Positions 13,810-25,473 of a stretch of 64,000 nt of DNA are shown here, piece after piece. Under the pieces are notes generated by a model, which searched no databases, was not told the DNA's origin, and saw only the letters and a program-made list of their open reading frames with translations. The stretch comes from Kudoa neothunni (taxonomy: Eukaryota; Animalia; Cnidaria). The first letter of the stretch is position 1. The number at the start of each line of letters is the position of its first letter. The stretch lies in assembly GCA_964304625.1 (NCBI GenBank), contig OZ199838.1, positions 15,848,017 to 15,912,016 of the forward strand. The letters run 5' to 3'. The position numbers and the translations under genes are program-made.

Positions 13810-14899
13810 TCTACATATATAAAATCCTTTTTTTGTCAGGGTGTCCACAAGTGCGCGTATGCGGCTAACATTTTTCCCTTATAGAGAGACATTTACAAAA
13901 TTTTTTAGAAATCACCACGTTTTAAAAAATCTTTAAATCGTTTCCGCACTACCAAATGCTCCCAAACGTGTTTAGAAAATAGTGATGTTGTCGATTCAAA
14001 GTTTGTTCAGCGGATTACTTGAGTTCAACAATTGGAGTAACACCTGCTTAAGACTTGCTGATGGTCGATTGAAGTTAATTTTCTCCATTATATGATCTAT
14101 CAAATGTTGATTAACTGATGCCATCTGACTTTGGATATAAATTTAGTGTGTAAATTTAGGTGTTCTCGCAGATACACTCTCTATATCGGGAGTTTAACGT
14201 ATTTGACATGATAAGTATATTTTAAAAGTTATATTAATTTTTTAAAATATGAGAAAAAGCCTATATTTGCGTCATTAAGGGCAAGTTGGTAGAACATGCT
14301 ATAATGAGATAGATTGAAGCTTTATAATAGAAATACTGCGTCGTAGTTTTCATTGAAATTGTCCGCTAAGTTGAACTTTCTGTGATTAAATTCATTTCAG
14401 ATGGTTGTACTTTTACTTTATCTAATTATATAAATTATTTACGTTGATATTGAAGCGATTTGTAGCTATTTGTGAGAAATAGTGCATTAATGTTTATGCC
14501 GGGCCAATCGATGCTAATTTTAGCAATATCATTTAATTTTCATGAGTTTTCTTCTATCTTAATCACTTTTTCTATTCTTTGTCTCTCAAAAACTTGGCGA
14601 TGTACACAGTTTTCGAGCCAGGCTAGAAATCGACTTTCAAAAATACGACGCTGTCCTTAACATATTTAGCGTTGGGGACGGAGCCACGAAATTTTTAAAT
14701 GAACGCCGGAATTGGAAGACTCCTTCAAAGAAATGATTATAATCTAAATTTCATAACCCAAATCGTTTATGTTGCTTAAAACTTTTTTGTTATTTTATTT
14801 CTGTGGGTTAATTCGAAATTTCAATGTATTTTTTTAATTTTATTAAAAAACGTCTCTAGATGAAATCTTCCCCAAGCATCGCTGGGCAGTTCGCGCTAG
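13810..14899 (+). mobile_element. Non-autonomous Helitron
   Basis: 5' A|TCTACATATATAAAA; 3' hairpin CCCAAGCATCGCTGGG followed by GCGCTAG|T. Inserted between A and T with no TSD. Confidence 0.7.
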
Positions 14900-15589
14900 T
14901 TTTACTAAAATTTAATAGTTTAGTCTTATAATTAATAGATTAAAACTTATTCACATTATTTCTGTGTCATGATATATCCAAATTTCAACGATTCCTTGTT
15001 TTATAAAACTATCATGTTATCATTTATGTTAATCGTTTTATTTTTTTAATTCTTAGTATAACTAAACTAGGCCATATCCTTAAAGTTATGTTATAACTGA
15101 TAATTATTGAGACGATTAAAACCATGTTGAAAGAAATAAGCTTTCAACCATATTTATATTCTGGTTAAAAACATTTTCAGTTATAATTCAAATAAATACA
15201 TTTTTACTTATTTAGACTCAACATTATTCTTTATTTCTAAAGATGTGTTGTAAACATATCTTAGTGTAAATCAATTATGGATTATCTAACTTCACCGGAG
15301 TTATCTCCTGTTAGTGCGATGGCCGAGTAGTCTAATATTGATATTAAAAGTGGTGTAGAAGTTTCGATTTTGTTACATTCAGTTAAAAACGAAGCATTTA
15401 TATTTGTTACATCCACCCTTTGAAGTTTTGTTTGGATAAGTTTAATTGGTAGTGTCTCCCGAAATGGTTACGATATTTTTAAAAAATTCGTTTGTCGTTT
15501 GGTTATTTTAAACATATATTCTAATGACAAAAAGATTAATCCATATTTCTACCAAAACTTAGAACCATACTCAATCATTATAGTAGAAA

Positions 15590-15658
15590 ACCACTGGGGT
15601 CGTTGACCGACCCCCAACGGAACACACGTAAGTTTGTTGAGCACGATCCTTTGAGGGT
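15590..15658. mobile_element. Orphan piggyBac-type right end
   Basis: CTGGGGTC..GACCCCC..CGTAAGTTTGTTGAGCACGATCCTTTGAGGG|TTAA, similar to the end at 54730-54793. No matching left end found. Confidence 0.5.
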
Positions 15659-16261
15659 TAAAAGCGTAGAAGAAATGAGAACATTTAGATTCAAAGTCTC
15701 GTTAATAATTGCTAGTGTACAGAAAAATGTTCTATAATGATTTCTTAAGATTTTAAGTTATTTGTTTTTGCTGAATCTTTTCTTTCCATATTTCGATATT
15801 TAACTTGTAAGTTGCAAATTATGATGATTAGTTCAAGTTGGTGATGTATGAGTACAATACATTCTTTCATTACCCATACATTTTCATTAAAATATGATTT
15901 ATGTCAGATGATCACGCAAAATTCGAACGTAATAATAAGTAAAGCGACTAGCAATTATACAATTTATTCGCTTTTTATTCGTAGATATTATAGTTTATAT
16001 TATGCACATAAGATACGGAGCCGCAGGTTGCTTATCCCTGCAAAAAAGGAATATGAGAATTTTTACATTAAATATCAAATAATACATCAATATAGAAACA
16101 AAATAGTCAATTTGAAGCCTTAAAATATCTCAGTCATTACCGGTAGGGTCAATTAATGAACCCATTTTTGTTGTCATTAATTCGTTATTAAGACAACATT
16201 AATTTAAAAATTTCCCATCACAAATATTTCTTTAATAATAATATTTTTGGGAAGTATTATA

Positions 16262-18011
16262 CAGTAAGGCCTCGATATAGGGAGGTTTTTTGTGGGATGC
16301 AAATCATCGTGCAATAGCAAGGCCCTTCGCTCGCTCGCTCGCTCGCTCACACAATATTAATATTAAAATTTTTTAACGAAATAATTATCTTTTTTATTTT
16401 TTTTTGAGTTTTAAATATTTCTTATAAAGATCTATTACAGGGTGAAGAGAGATCATGGCTGAAGACTTCTCTAATGGTGTTGATTGAAACTTTTAGTTGT
16501 TTCGTTGAAATTGTTTTTTTTTTCGAAATCCAAGTCGCCATCTTAATTGTGAACAGGAATTTTTTGGTTTTTTATGTCAGAACTCTCAGATAAATTATCA
16601 TAAACAGTTTCGACCTCTTCCATATCATCAACATCATGGAGACCGTCTAAAATAATCGAAGCAAACAAGACACAATTAGTACCATCAATAATTACATACT
16701 TTTCATAATTAGAACCAATGAATGATTTTTTATTACATATATTAAATATTTTTAATCGAATAAACCATAATTATCGAAAATAGGAGAATTCTGGAAACAA
16801 TTTACGATAACAAACAGAGCTACTGACTGTTTCCTAAACATTTCTTAGAGGATTTTAACATCATTATATAATGTATTTCGAAGTATTTGTGGAATCCACG
16901 TTAAATAAAAGAATTTTGTATGAAATTTATGCATAATTAGCTTTGGGACTATGAATAATGTCGAGTTCAATTGGATGCACGAAGCTGGTTGCAATTTTTG
17001 GGAGAAAAATTCATTTGATATTTTTAAATGAATTATGTATTGGGGTTGAGAAAGGTATTGATCTCGTAGCATAATAATCGTTTCCATGTTGTGTAATAAA
17101 TTTATTATCACATAAGAAATGGATGCAGATATTCGAACATTTTGTTTAAACTTACTAACAACACAAAGCAGTAGCTTTTGGCCGTAAAATGAGGTAGTTG
17201 CCACAATGGAATTTTTTTCCAACCCCTCTCTTAGATTTCCTTTTAAATGTATAAGTAAATTGGGAAAGTTTTTCGCAATAAAGAGTAGATTTATCAGGAT
17301 TGAAATTATTTGGAAGACTGTAAATACTTATTTCCCTTGAAATTTTTTCAATCCATTCATTAACTAGCATATGAGCGCTAGCTGTCTTCATCGATCTTGC
17401 TGCTATTTAAGCTCAACCGCTTTTGAATTTACAAAACCACATATTACTAAAATGAAATTTGTTGTTTGATTCTTGTTTGCTCAGGAATTGCCTTTCTTTA
17501 AATTAAATTTTGACATTTTTTTCTTTTTTGTTCGCACGCTAACGATCCAATTATACAACTCACTCTCAATCTGGGCGCATTTTCCATGAGAAATTCGTAT
17601 TCAGTCAATCAAAATTCTTTCACACACCAGGCAACTTTTTTTGTTAATATCATTCAGAGAGAGGAGAATGACCTATTTTTATTTCTCAAAAACTAAAATC
17701 TAGTCAATACTTGGTCTTGTTAGGTTAAAATGCTTCATTATCATCATATTGACATCCGGTATTGCTTTAATATATTCGTAATATTAAATTATTCGGATTT
17801 TTTCTTCTATGCTTCTCTGAATTATTCCTAACATTATTTTTTTAACACGCAAAATATAGAACTAATCGGATAACTTTACCAAAAATTAAATACAGTATTT
17901 TCAGCTTGTTAAAGGCTAATTAACAGAATATGTAGAACATTTTATTTTAGAAAACAATGAAAAAATCACCAATTATGTTATATCAAGTTACGCAATATCG
18001 AGGCCTCACTG
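16262..18011 (-). mobile_element. pogo/Tigger DNA transposon, degenerate
   Basis: TA TSDs. TIRs CAGTAAGGCCTCGATAT / ATATCGAGGCCTCACTG (16/17). Minus-strand CENP-B HTH-like remnant (AQIESELYNWIVSVR) and fragments 17155-17391 and 16845-17222. Confidence 0.85.
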
Positions 18012-18335
18012 TATTAAATTTTCCAAATTTATGGCCGTTTATAACTTTTCAATGATGCAAGTAGTGCTATTTTTACCTTATTGGAACATGAAAAATTATT
18101 ATTAAGATTAAAATAAAAAAATTTCCATGTCATTGTTCGCTTTATGACTGTAGTTAGGATTCAAAATATCAGTGAAAAGTCAATAATAATGAAACATAAT
18201 TTATTATTATACAAAATATAAGAAAATCAATTAAACACACACAGAAGGAAAGTATCATTAAAAGCAAAAAAATAATTGAATGCAAGGTGACGGTTAGATA
18301 AATAAGTTGATTACCAACTAAGAACTAAGGGAGGA

Positions 18336-19419
18336 TTAATTGAATACTTCACCATCCCAATAGTCGTCCACAGTTTTCCCCTCGATCAAGAACATGTCAA
18401 AGTCGAGGTATCTGCACTGAGTCTTCATGTTTGAAAGGGTCTCCACATCAGCATTAGGGAGAGTGATATTTGCCGCAGCCAAATTCTCAATCATGCGAGC
18501 TTTGCTCGATGATTTCGCCAACACAGGTATTCCACGTTGAATACTCCAAGCAATGAGTGCCTAATTTGGTGATGAATGTGAACCATCCGATTTGATATAG
18601 GAGATTACTTGGGCAGGGGTTATATTGTTTCTGTTGGCAATGTCAACAACAATAGGATCTTTAAGTAGAACAGGAGCAGATGGCTTGCCGAAATCCATAC
18701 TTTGAGAACCCGGCGAGCCCAAAGGGGAATAAGCAATAAGTTGGATTTGGTGATCTCGACAGAATTTAACGAGTTTGTGTTGGGGCAAATAAGGATGTAA
18801 CTCCACTAAATAAGATTATATATCTCATAAAATTGAAAGATTGCAAAAAACCTTGGTTAACATGAGGTACAATAGAAGCCTCATCAAGAAGCCACTGCAG
18901 TTTGGTAGTGGAAAAGTTGCTCACACCAATGGATTTGCATTTTCCACTATCGTAGAGTTTTTCCATGGCACGCCAAGTTTCAACGACCCATTCTCGCTTA
19001 AAATATTGACTTTCAAACAAGCTGGAAGCGTTTGGATCACATCGAATGGGATTATGAACCAAATAAAGGTCAAGGTAGTCAAGGCACAAATCTGACAGGG
19101 TTTGTTGAAGTCCTAAGCCAACTCTGTGTGGTTCGTGGTAGTTGGACCAAAGTTTTGACGTGATAAACAGTTGATCTCTGTTTTTTATGGTGGAAAAATA
19201 CTTATGTCCCAACTCGTATTCATTCCGATAAACCAGTGCACAATCAACGTGTTTGTAGCCTACGTCGACAGCTTTCTCCACAAGACCGACGACAACATCA
19301 GCTGGAATTTGCCAGGTACTAAACAATATTAATCGAATATCGGTATTAAAACACAGTTTATACCCAAATCCAATGCTAGGAATATTCTGACCAGTTCTTG
19401 GAATGGTAAACGGCGTCAT
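18336..19419 (-). CDS. Aldo-keto reductase (AKR1-like), 4 exons
   Basis: Introns 19319-19363, 18806-18851 and 18561-18608 (45/46/48 bp, GT-AG) restore IPSIGFGTWQ, GYKHVDCALVY, LFITSKLW, DYLDLYLVH, CKSIGVSNF, VNQVELHPYLPQ, AYSPLGSP and TPAQALIAWSIQRGIPVLAKS. The catalytic D/Y/K/H tetrad is present. Confidence 0.95.
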
Positions 19420-20376
19420 AACACTCGATAATCCACTCGGAAACGTATTCTGGCTTGAGAGTTATCTCACGTTTGTGATATTTTTGGGGTTTATTTAAAA
19501 AATTTCAGATTTGAATTAAATAATGTTATTATAAAATGTATTTATCGTTTTAAAACTATTTAAAGAAGTATATTCAATGTAAATCTGATAAATGTAAATC
19601 AGTTTGAGATTAGCTATTATTTATTAGAAAATAAGTGGTTATTGATACAGTAAATAATATTAGTGTTTCAATAATTTTTAAGCTATTAAATTATTCATAG
19701 TCAGTCGTTATTCTTTTAGGGGTAGGAGAAAAATAAATATAACGGGTTCTAAAATTTTTAAGCTGTTCATTGCTTAGGAGTAAGAGCTGATGGGATTAAA
19801 AATTCACATTACACAAACCTACGTGTCCATTTGGATTAAAATTTACTCTACCAATTGCGTCCACCAGAAAGAAATTGTTGTTGAGAAAGTTAACATATAA
19901 GTTTCTATGCTAATGACTTATGTTACTGTTAAGATCAAATAACATTCTTATTATTAGCACTATATGTATATCTATAAAGCTGTTTTTATAATGGTCTTTA
20001 AGATTCAGAATATTCTAGATGCATCTAGGCGGATGATAGGTTATTATAAAAGCTTTCAATGTATTCTATGTTAAATTAGAACCATCTGGAAGTCCTAACG
20101 ATTATCTTTTCTTTGATGACCATAAAATATTTTGACATTTTTCTAATATAATCAATATTATATTTTTTTTGTCTTATGATAATTCTATTATCAGGCATAC
20201 TTATTAGTTGGGCATGCAATTTTCGACGTTTATTTTTATTCCAACTCGACGGTTTTAAACGAGCGAAATAATACAACATTTAAATTCGACTTTTATTGAC
20301 TTTTATTTAAAAAAAAAGCAGTAATTTACAATAAATTGATTGCAGAATTTTAATTTTAGTCATAATGGACCATTAA

Positions 20377-22460
20377 CCCTCTAAGGCATCAAAAAGCGAA
20401 CTTCCTCCTAAGATTTATTTGAGGTGAAATTCACCGGTAATGGTAGGGGAGACGGCAACCTGATTTTAACCTCTATACTTCATTTAATTTCCCGATTGTT
20501 TATAATATAATAAATGAATGCCGAGAGGAAGAATTCAGATAATTATGATATCATCTAATTTTGTTACGAAAGTCCGAATACAATGGCGTCGACTCACGCG
20601 AAACCTTCGTTAATTTTCCAATAACCAATGAAAACCCACTTTATTGTGCACACTTTAACTTCTCAATTTATAATACGCCTTAATAACATTTTTGGAATAA
20701 ATTGGTTGATTTAAATAACAAAATATAAAAAATTTAAGCGAGTAATTTATCAAATTTCTCGCGCGCTAGAGAAAATGAGTTCTTTGAGTTTTATTAACGG
20801 TGGCGATTTTTTTATTGATTAATAATCCCATTAAATTGTTTAATATACTTGTAGAGAAATAATACCTGTTTCCTCTTCATTTTAGGTGCAACAATTGTTA
20901 CAAATTCAATTGTTTTTCCCTCATCAAAAGGAATTTGAACGTCCAAAGGCCAATACCTAAAATTAAATCTCATAAAAGGAATGATGTGGATTATTCATTC
21001 AGTTATTATTTTAAAAAGTAATTGTTTTATATCTAAATACTAGCCTCGCATTCGAAGATGTAAAACTAGCGTATCTCCACGAAGTGGAACTTTCTTTTCA
21101 GGTTTGAATTTGTTTCATCCCTCTCCGAACATAACGATGAACAAAATATATAAAGTTATTTTCAAATGGAGAATGGGTAAAACTATTTTATCTGCCTCAG
21201 AAAATATTAATTTGATCGCAAAAATAACCGAGGACGGTATTTAAAAGGAGATTTTCGGAAGACAGTCCAAACCACATAATTTAATAAAAAATTATTGTTA
21301 AATACCTCATAAATATAAAAAAACATCTTTATTTATAAAGTTTCCTCCAAAACTAAGTACATTATAGAATATAAGCCCTATGATGTAATCATTAGTTTTA
21401 TAAATATTAGAAAAGATTGAACATCAAAATTAAAACTGCACATATTTAAAAAAAAGCGGAGAGTGCAATATGTATTTAATATAATATTACTAAATTCCTA
21501 TTTTCGTTGCTTCTTTTATTTTGTATAATTAACTTACGTAAAGAGTGTTTCCTTAAAAAATAATTTCTAAAAGATTTTCTTTAACACATATCAAATGCAA
21601 TGAAGATTGAAGATTCATTGTATTATCGATATAAAAATTTCATGATAAAATGATTATAACTTTTTTTATAATTCAAATAAATTAACCAAAAAAATATACA
21701 AACTACAAAAATTGATAGCTTATTGCAATTTTCTTTTAAATGGTTCATAGTCGATATACCAATTATGATAGAGAAGATAATTTATAATAAGATGCGTAAG
21801 GTTTAATTAAACGTCTGAGTTGTACAATTATGGAACGACCCACCCCAAAAAATGTTATTAAGGCGTATAATAAATTGAGAAGTTAAAGTGTGCACAATAA
21901 AGTGGGTTTTCATTGGTTATTGGAAAATTAACGAAGATTTCGCGTGAGTCGACGCCATTGTATTCGGACTTTCGTAACAAAATTAGATGATATCATAATT
22001 ATCTGAATACTTCCTCCTCTCGGTATTCTTTTATTTTATTATGAACATTCGCGAAGGAATCGGCGAAAAAAAACGATGCGCAGAATGGTGTTTTTTAGGT
22101 GCCACATCCTACATTATTAACCCCGTCTCCTCTACCATTACCAATTCACCCCAGAGTTTCTCCTAAGCCAATTTAAAAAAAATTGTGATAAATTTATTCG
22201 TAAAACATTTTATGATTTGACACATTACAAATCCTCACAAAACATTATACGGCATACGGCATAAGTCGTGAGTCACCAATTCTTCAGTAACGCACAAAAA
22301 TAATAAATGTAACTACGATGTAGTTTATTTTAATTTCTAACTTTATTTTTTTAATATAATGAGTTAAGCGAGAATTCATTTTAAACAATAAACATTTTTT
22401 TGACTAATAATTAAATAAAAATTATGCTGGGGTGAATTTCACTCCAAAACCCTTCGAGGG
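20377..22460. mobile_element. Non-autonomous piggyBac-type element with long internal inverted repeats
   Basis: TTAA|CCCTCTAAGG...CCTTCGAGGG|TTAA. A near-perfect ~175-bp inverted repeat (20521-20695 / 21846-22023) is flanked by more diverged arms. No transposase ORF. Confidence 0.75.
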
Positions 22461-22591
22461 TTAAAATCGATTATTTAGAGCATTGTTAGGCGCCATTCAC
22501 AAACATTAATCCTTTCTTTTCCAAATAGGTTTAGCAATCTTGAGAAACTCCTTTCAACATCAATGGAGGAAACTGATAGATTCAATAAATA

Positions 22592-25473
22592 AGCCGTGGA
22601 CAGATAGCACATCGGTGTGACACTCGGACTCAGAACCTTGAGGTAATAGGTTCGAATCCGCCGGTGGTCAGACTACTGCTCCCGTGTCGGTGGGTGTCTA
22701 TCCCATATTTGGGAGCTGTGGTTAAAGTGTACGCTCGCTATGGAGTGGGATGCATTGGCAGCCAGATTTGCGTGAAGTGGGGTGAGCTAGAATAGGAGTT
22801 TGAATCTCCGGAACCCATCAAAAGGCAAAGTAATTTGCAGTTCCCACAGAGCCAACGTCCTTAAAGGGATATGGTTTGGGGTGGTGGTCGCCCTGAGACG
22901 AGAATGTTTAGTGGGTTAAAGTCCTGCACTACCACACAAAAAGATAAGCGACGGGGTTTCATGTTACGTCCTGCGGTGCCTAAAGCGTTAACCCTTTCAC
23001 GCCGAATGTTGCCATATGGCAACATCGGATTGTTTTTATAATTCCTCAATGAGTATTATGTTTGACAACTGAAAAATTTCAAAAAAAGTTAAATTAGTCT
23101 TTATTCTTTTATCGAATACTAAATTAAATAATTATTAAAATTTCTTAGTTAGTAAAAATACGTCATAAATTGAAATTTTTCAAACAATAAAAAGGTCATT
23201 TTATGGTACTAAATTTACACCCTAATTATTATTTTAACTGTATTTAAAAAATATATATTATAAAATAATACATTATTCCTACAAAAATTTGTATAGATCA
23301 TATAATCTTAAAGAACTCGAGTTTGGAGTAGTAGCTTAATGCTTGTTGCCATATGGCAACATTCGGCGCACATGCCGTTCTTCAGGATCAACATTGTGAT
23401 GGATGCAGATTTAGTGAAAAAGATAAATGTTGATGGTAAAATTGTTGAGGAATTAATATTACTCCCGGATGCTGATAAATCTGACTCCGAGAATATATCT
23501 GATGATGAAGGCAACAACCTACAATGTGATTCGCTTTCAGATGCCAGCTCTGATAAAGAAGAACACAATAGTGATCAGCCTATTTACGTAAAAATCGCAT
23601 CACATATAATCGAAGAAAGTTTATTAACAAGCGCGGAATTTAAAATGGAACCAATTTTGGATCCTTATTTATATTTCAACAGATTCTTTACAGATGAATT
23701 GTTCGAGCTCATATGCAATGAAACTAATAATTATGTCACAGAAAACAATTCAAATTTTAGAACCACAACAAACGAAATAAAATTATATGTTGGGATGCTT
23801 ATACGTGTGTCAATAATCAAATTACTTCGGATAAGAAACTATCGGTGTAGTGAACTCAATTGTAGTTCAATATCAGAAAAAATGCCCAGAGATCGTTTTT
23901 AGTCCATCCAAAGATATATACATTTTTGCGATAATAATAAACTAATGACTTCTAAAACCAGTAAAGACTACGGCCGTTTCTTTAAAGTGAGACCCTTGTT
24001 AAATATGATAAGGGAAGAATGTCTAAAAATTGAACCTGAATACAACCAGTGTGTCGATGAGCAGATGATTCCATTTAAAGGTAAGTCTGGCCTCAAGAGA
24101 TACTTGCCTTCGAAACCTACAAAATGGGGCTTCAAGGTTTTCACTAGAAATAGCTCTGTTGGTATAGTGCACGACTTTTTTTTGAAGATGGGAATTTTAA
24201 ATACGATGGTAAAAGTTCTGGTTTTCGCTCCTCTGACATCGTATTAAAATTAGCAGGATCCATGAAGAACGGAAGCAAGCATCATTTTTATTACGATAAT
24301 TATTTTTCCACATTATCATTACACTCAATTCTGCTGAAGATGGGCCATCATTCGACCGGTACAATAAGATTGAATCGTCTTAGAAATTGTCTAATTGGTG
24401 ATGATAAGACGTTCAGGAAGTTAAAAAAAGGAAGTTATGAATATGCTTTACGTCTTGACGGTTGTCATATAACAAGCATCGTACATAGGTTAGATGGGTC
24501 AGCTGTTACAATGACATCAACGGCTCACTCTATTTTCCCCTTGAGCTCTATTGATAGATATGATCGAAAGGCAAAAAAGGTTATAAAAATTGATTGCCCC
24601 AACATAATTAAAATGTATAACCAAAATATGGGCGGTGTAGACTTTTTCGATATGCTAATGGTTCTGTATAGACTTGACCTCAAGTCCAAAAAGTGGTACA
24701 AGAGAATCTTCTTGTGGGTGATAAACCAATGCATCCTTAACGGATGGCTCTCGTATAAACGTCAATGTTCTTTACATGAAATCCCAACAAAGACAAGCTT
24801 GTGTTTGTTAGATTTCAATGTTTCGGTAAGCGAACGATTGATGCATGAGAATCAAATGGTAAGTGTTGCGAGTAAAAGAGGGAGGCCATCCACATCAGGT
24901 ATCACTACTACTATCTCGATGCATATGTCTAGTAGAATTTATAATCTAACAGAATCAAAAGTAAGTGCTATTGTGCGTTTTAACGAAATTTCCCACTTCC
25001 CTTCATGTACATCCACGAAAGCTAGATGTAAATTGTGCTGAATGCACTCTAGAACTATGTACATGAAATGTAAAGTTCATCTATGCTTAAATATCAACAG
25101 AAATTGTTATTTGAATTTCCACAAACAAAATTAGAAGTATTTTTTTGTTATTAAATGTGTCGAATGTGTGTAATTTTGAGTGCAAAGAGGTCTTCTTACC
25201 AACCACGATTGCACAGTATTGTTTTGGGGATTAAGGCGTCTCCGAATGTTGCCATATGGCAACATTTAATTAGGTATGGTTCCTAATTAAATATTTCCGA
25301 AATTTTTAAATTTGTTTTTATTATTAAAAATACGAATATTTTGCAGCTCTCAAAAAAATAAATTACTACAACGTGATTTTCAGGCATGAAAGGGTTAATG
25401 GAAGAGGTCTGACCAACCAGAATTCCACAAACTAACACATTGCGCCTGGGGTTTTATCTTGTAATAAAAAAAA
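22592..25473 (+). mobile_element. tRNA-headed SINE, copy 1 (22592-22987 plus 25395-25473), split by a piggyBac insertion
   Basis: A-box-like GATAGCACATCGG, B-box GGTTCGAATCC (~22649) and an A-rich tail. Collinear with the uninterrupted copy at 48394-48801 on both sides of the piggyBac. Confidence 0.8.
22992..25394 (+). mobile_element. piggyBac transposon, full length, disrupted transposase (~23399-25133)
   Basis: TTAA TSDs; TIRs CCCTTTCACGCC / GGCATGAAAGGG. DDD motifs CVDEQMIPFKG, YYDNYF and NMGGVD, plus a Cys-rich C-terminus. In-frame TAG at 23900, frameshift at a T-run (~24180) and a stop at 25039. Confidence 0.95.

Noticed and set aside
10305-15658. One large piggyBac carrying the 3' half of paralog 2
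   Set aside because: The left TIR matches the end at 11420 better (CCCTCATA). The 15658 end belongs to a different family.
18336-19419. AKR as a frameshifted pseudogene or bacterial contaminant
   Set aside because: Three canonical introns join the ORF pieces into an intact protein.
22592-22670. Functional tRNA gene (also 48725-48801)
   Set aside because: No convincing acceptor stem, and the head is fused to a shared body and A tail, so it is a SINE.
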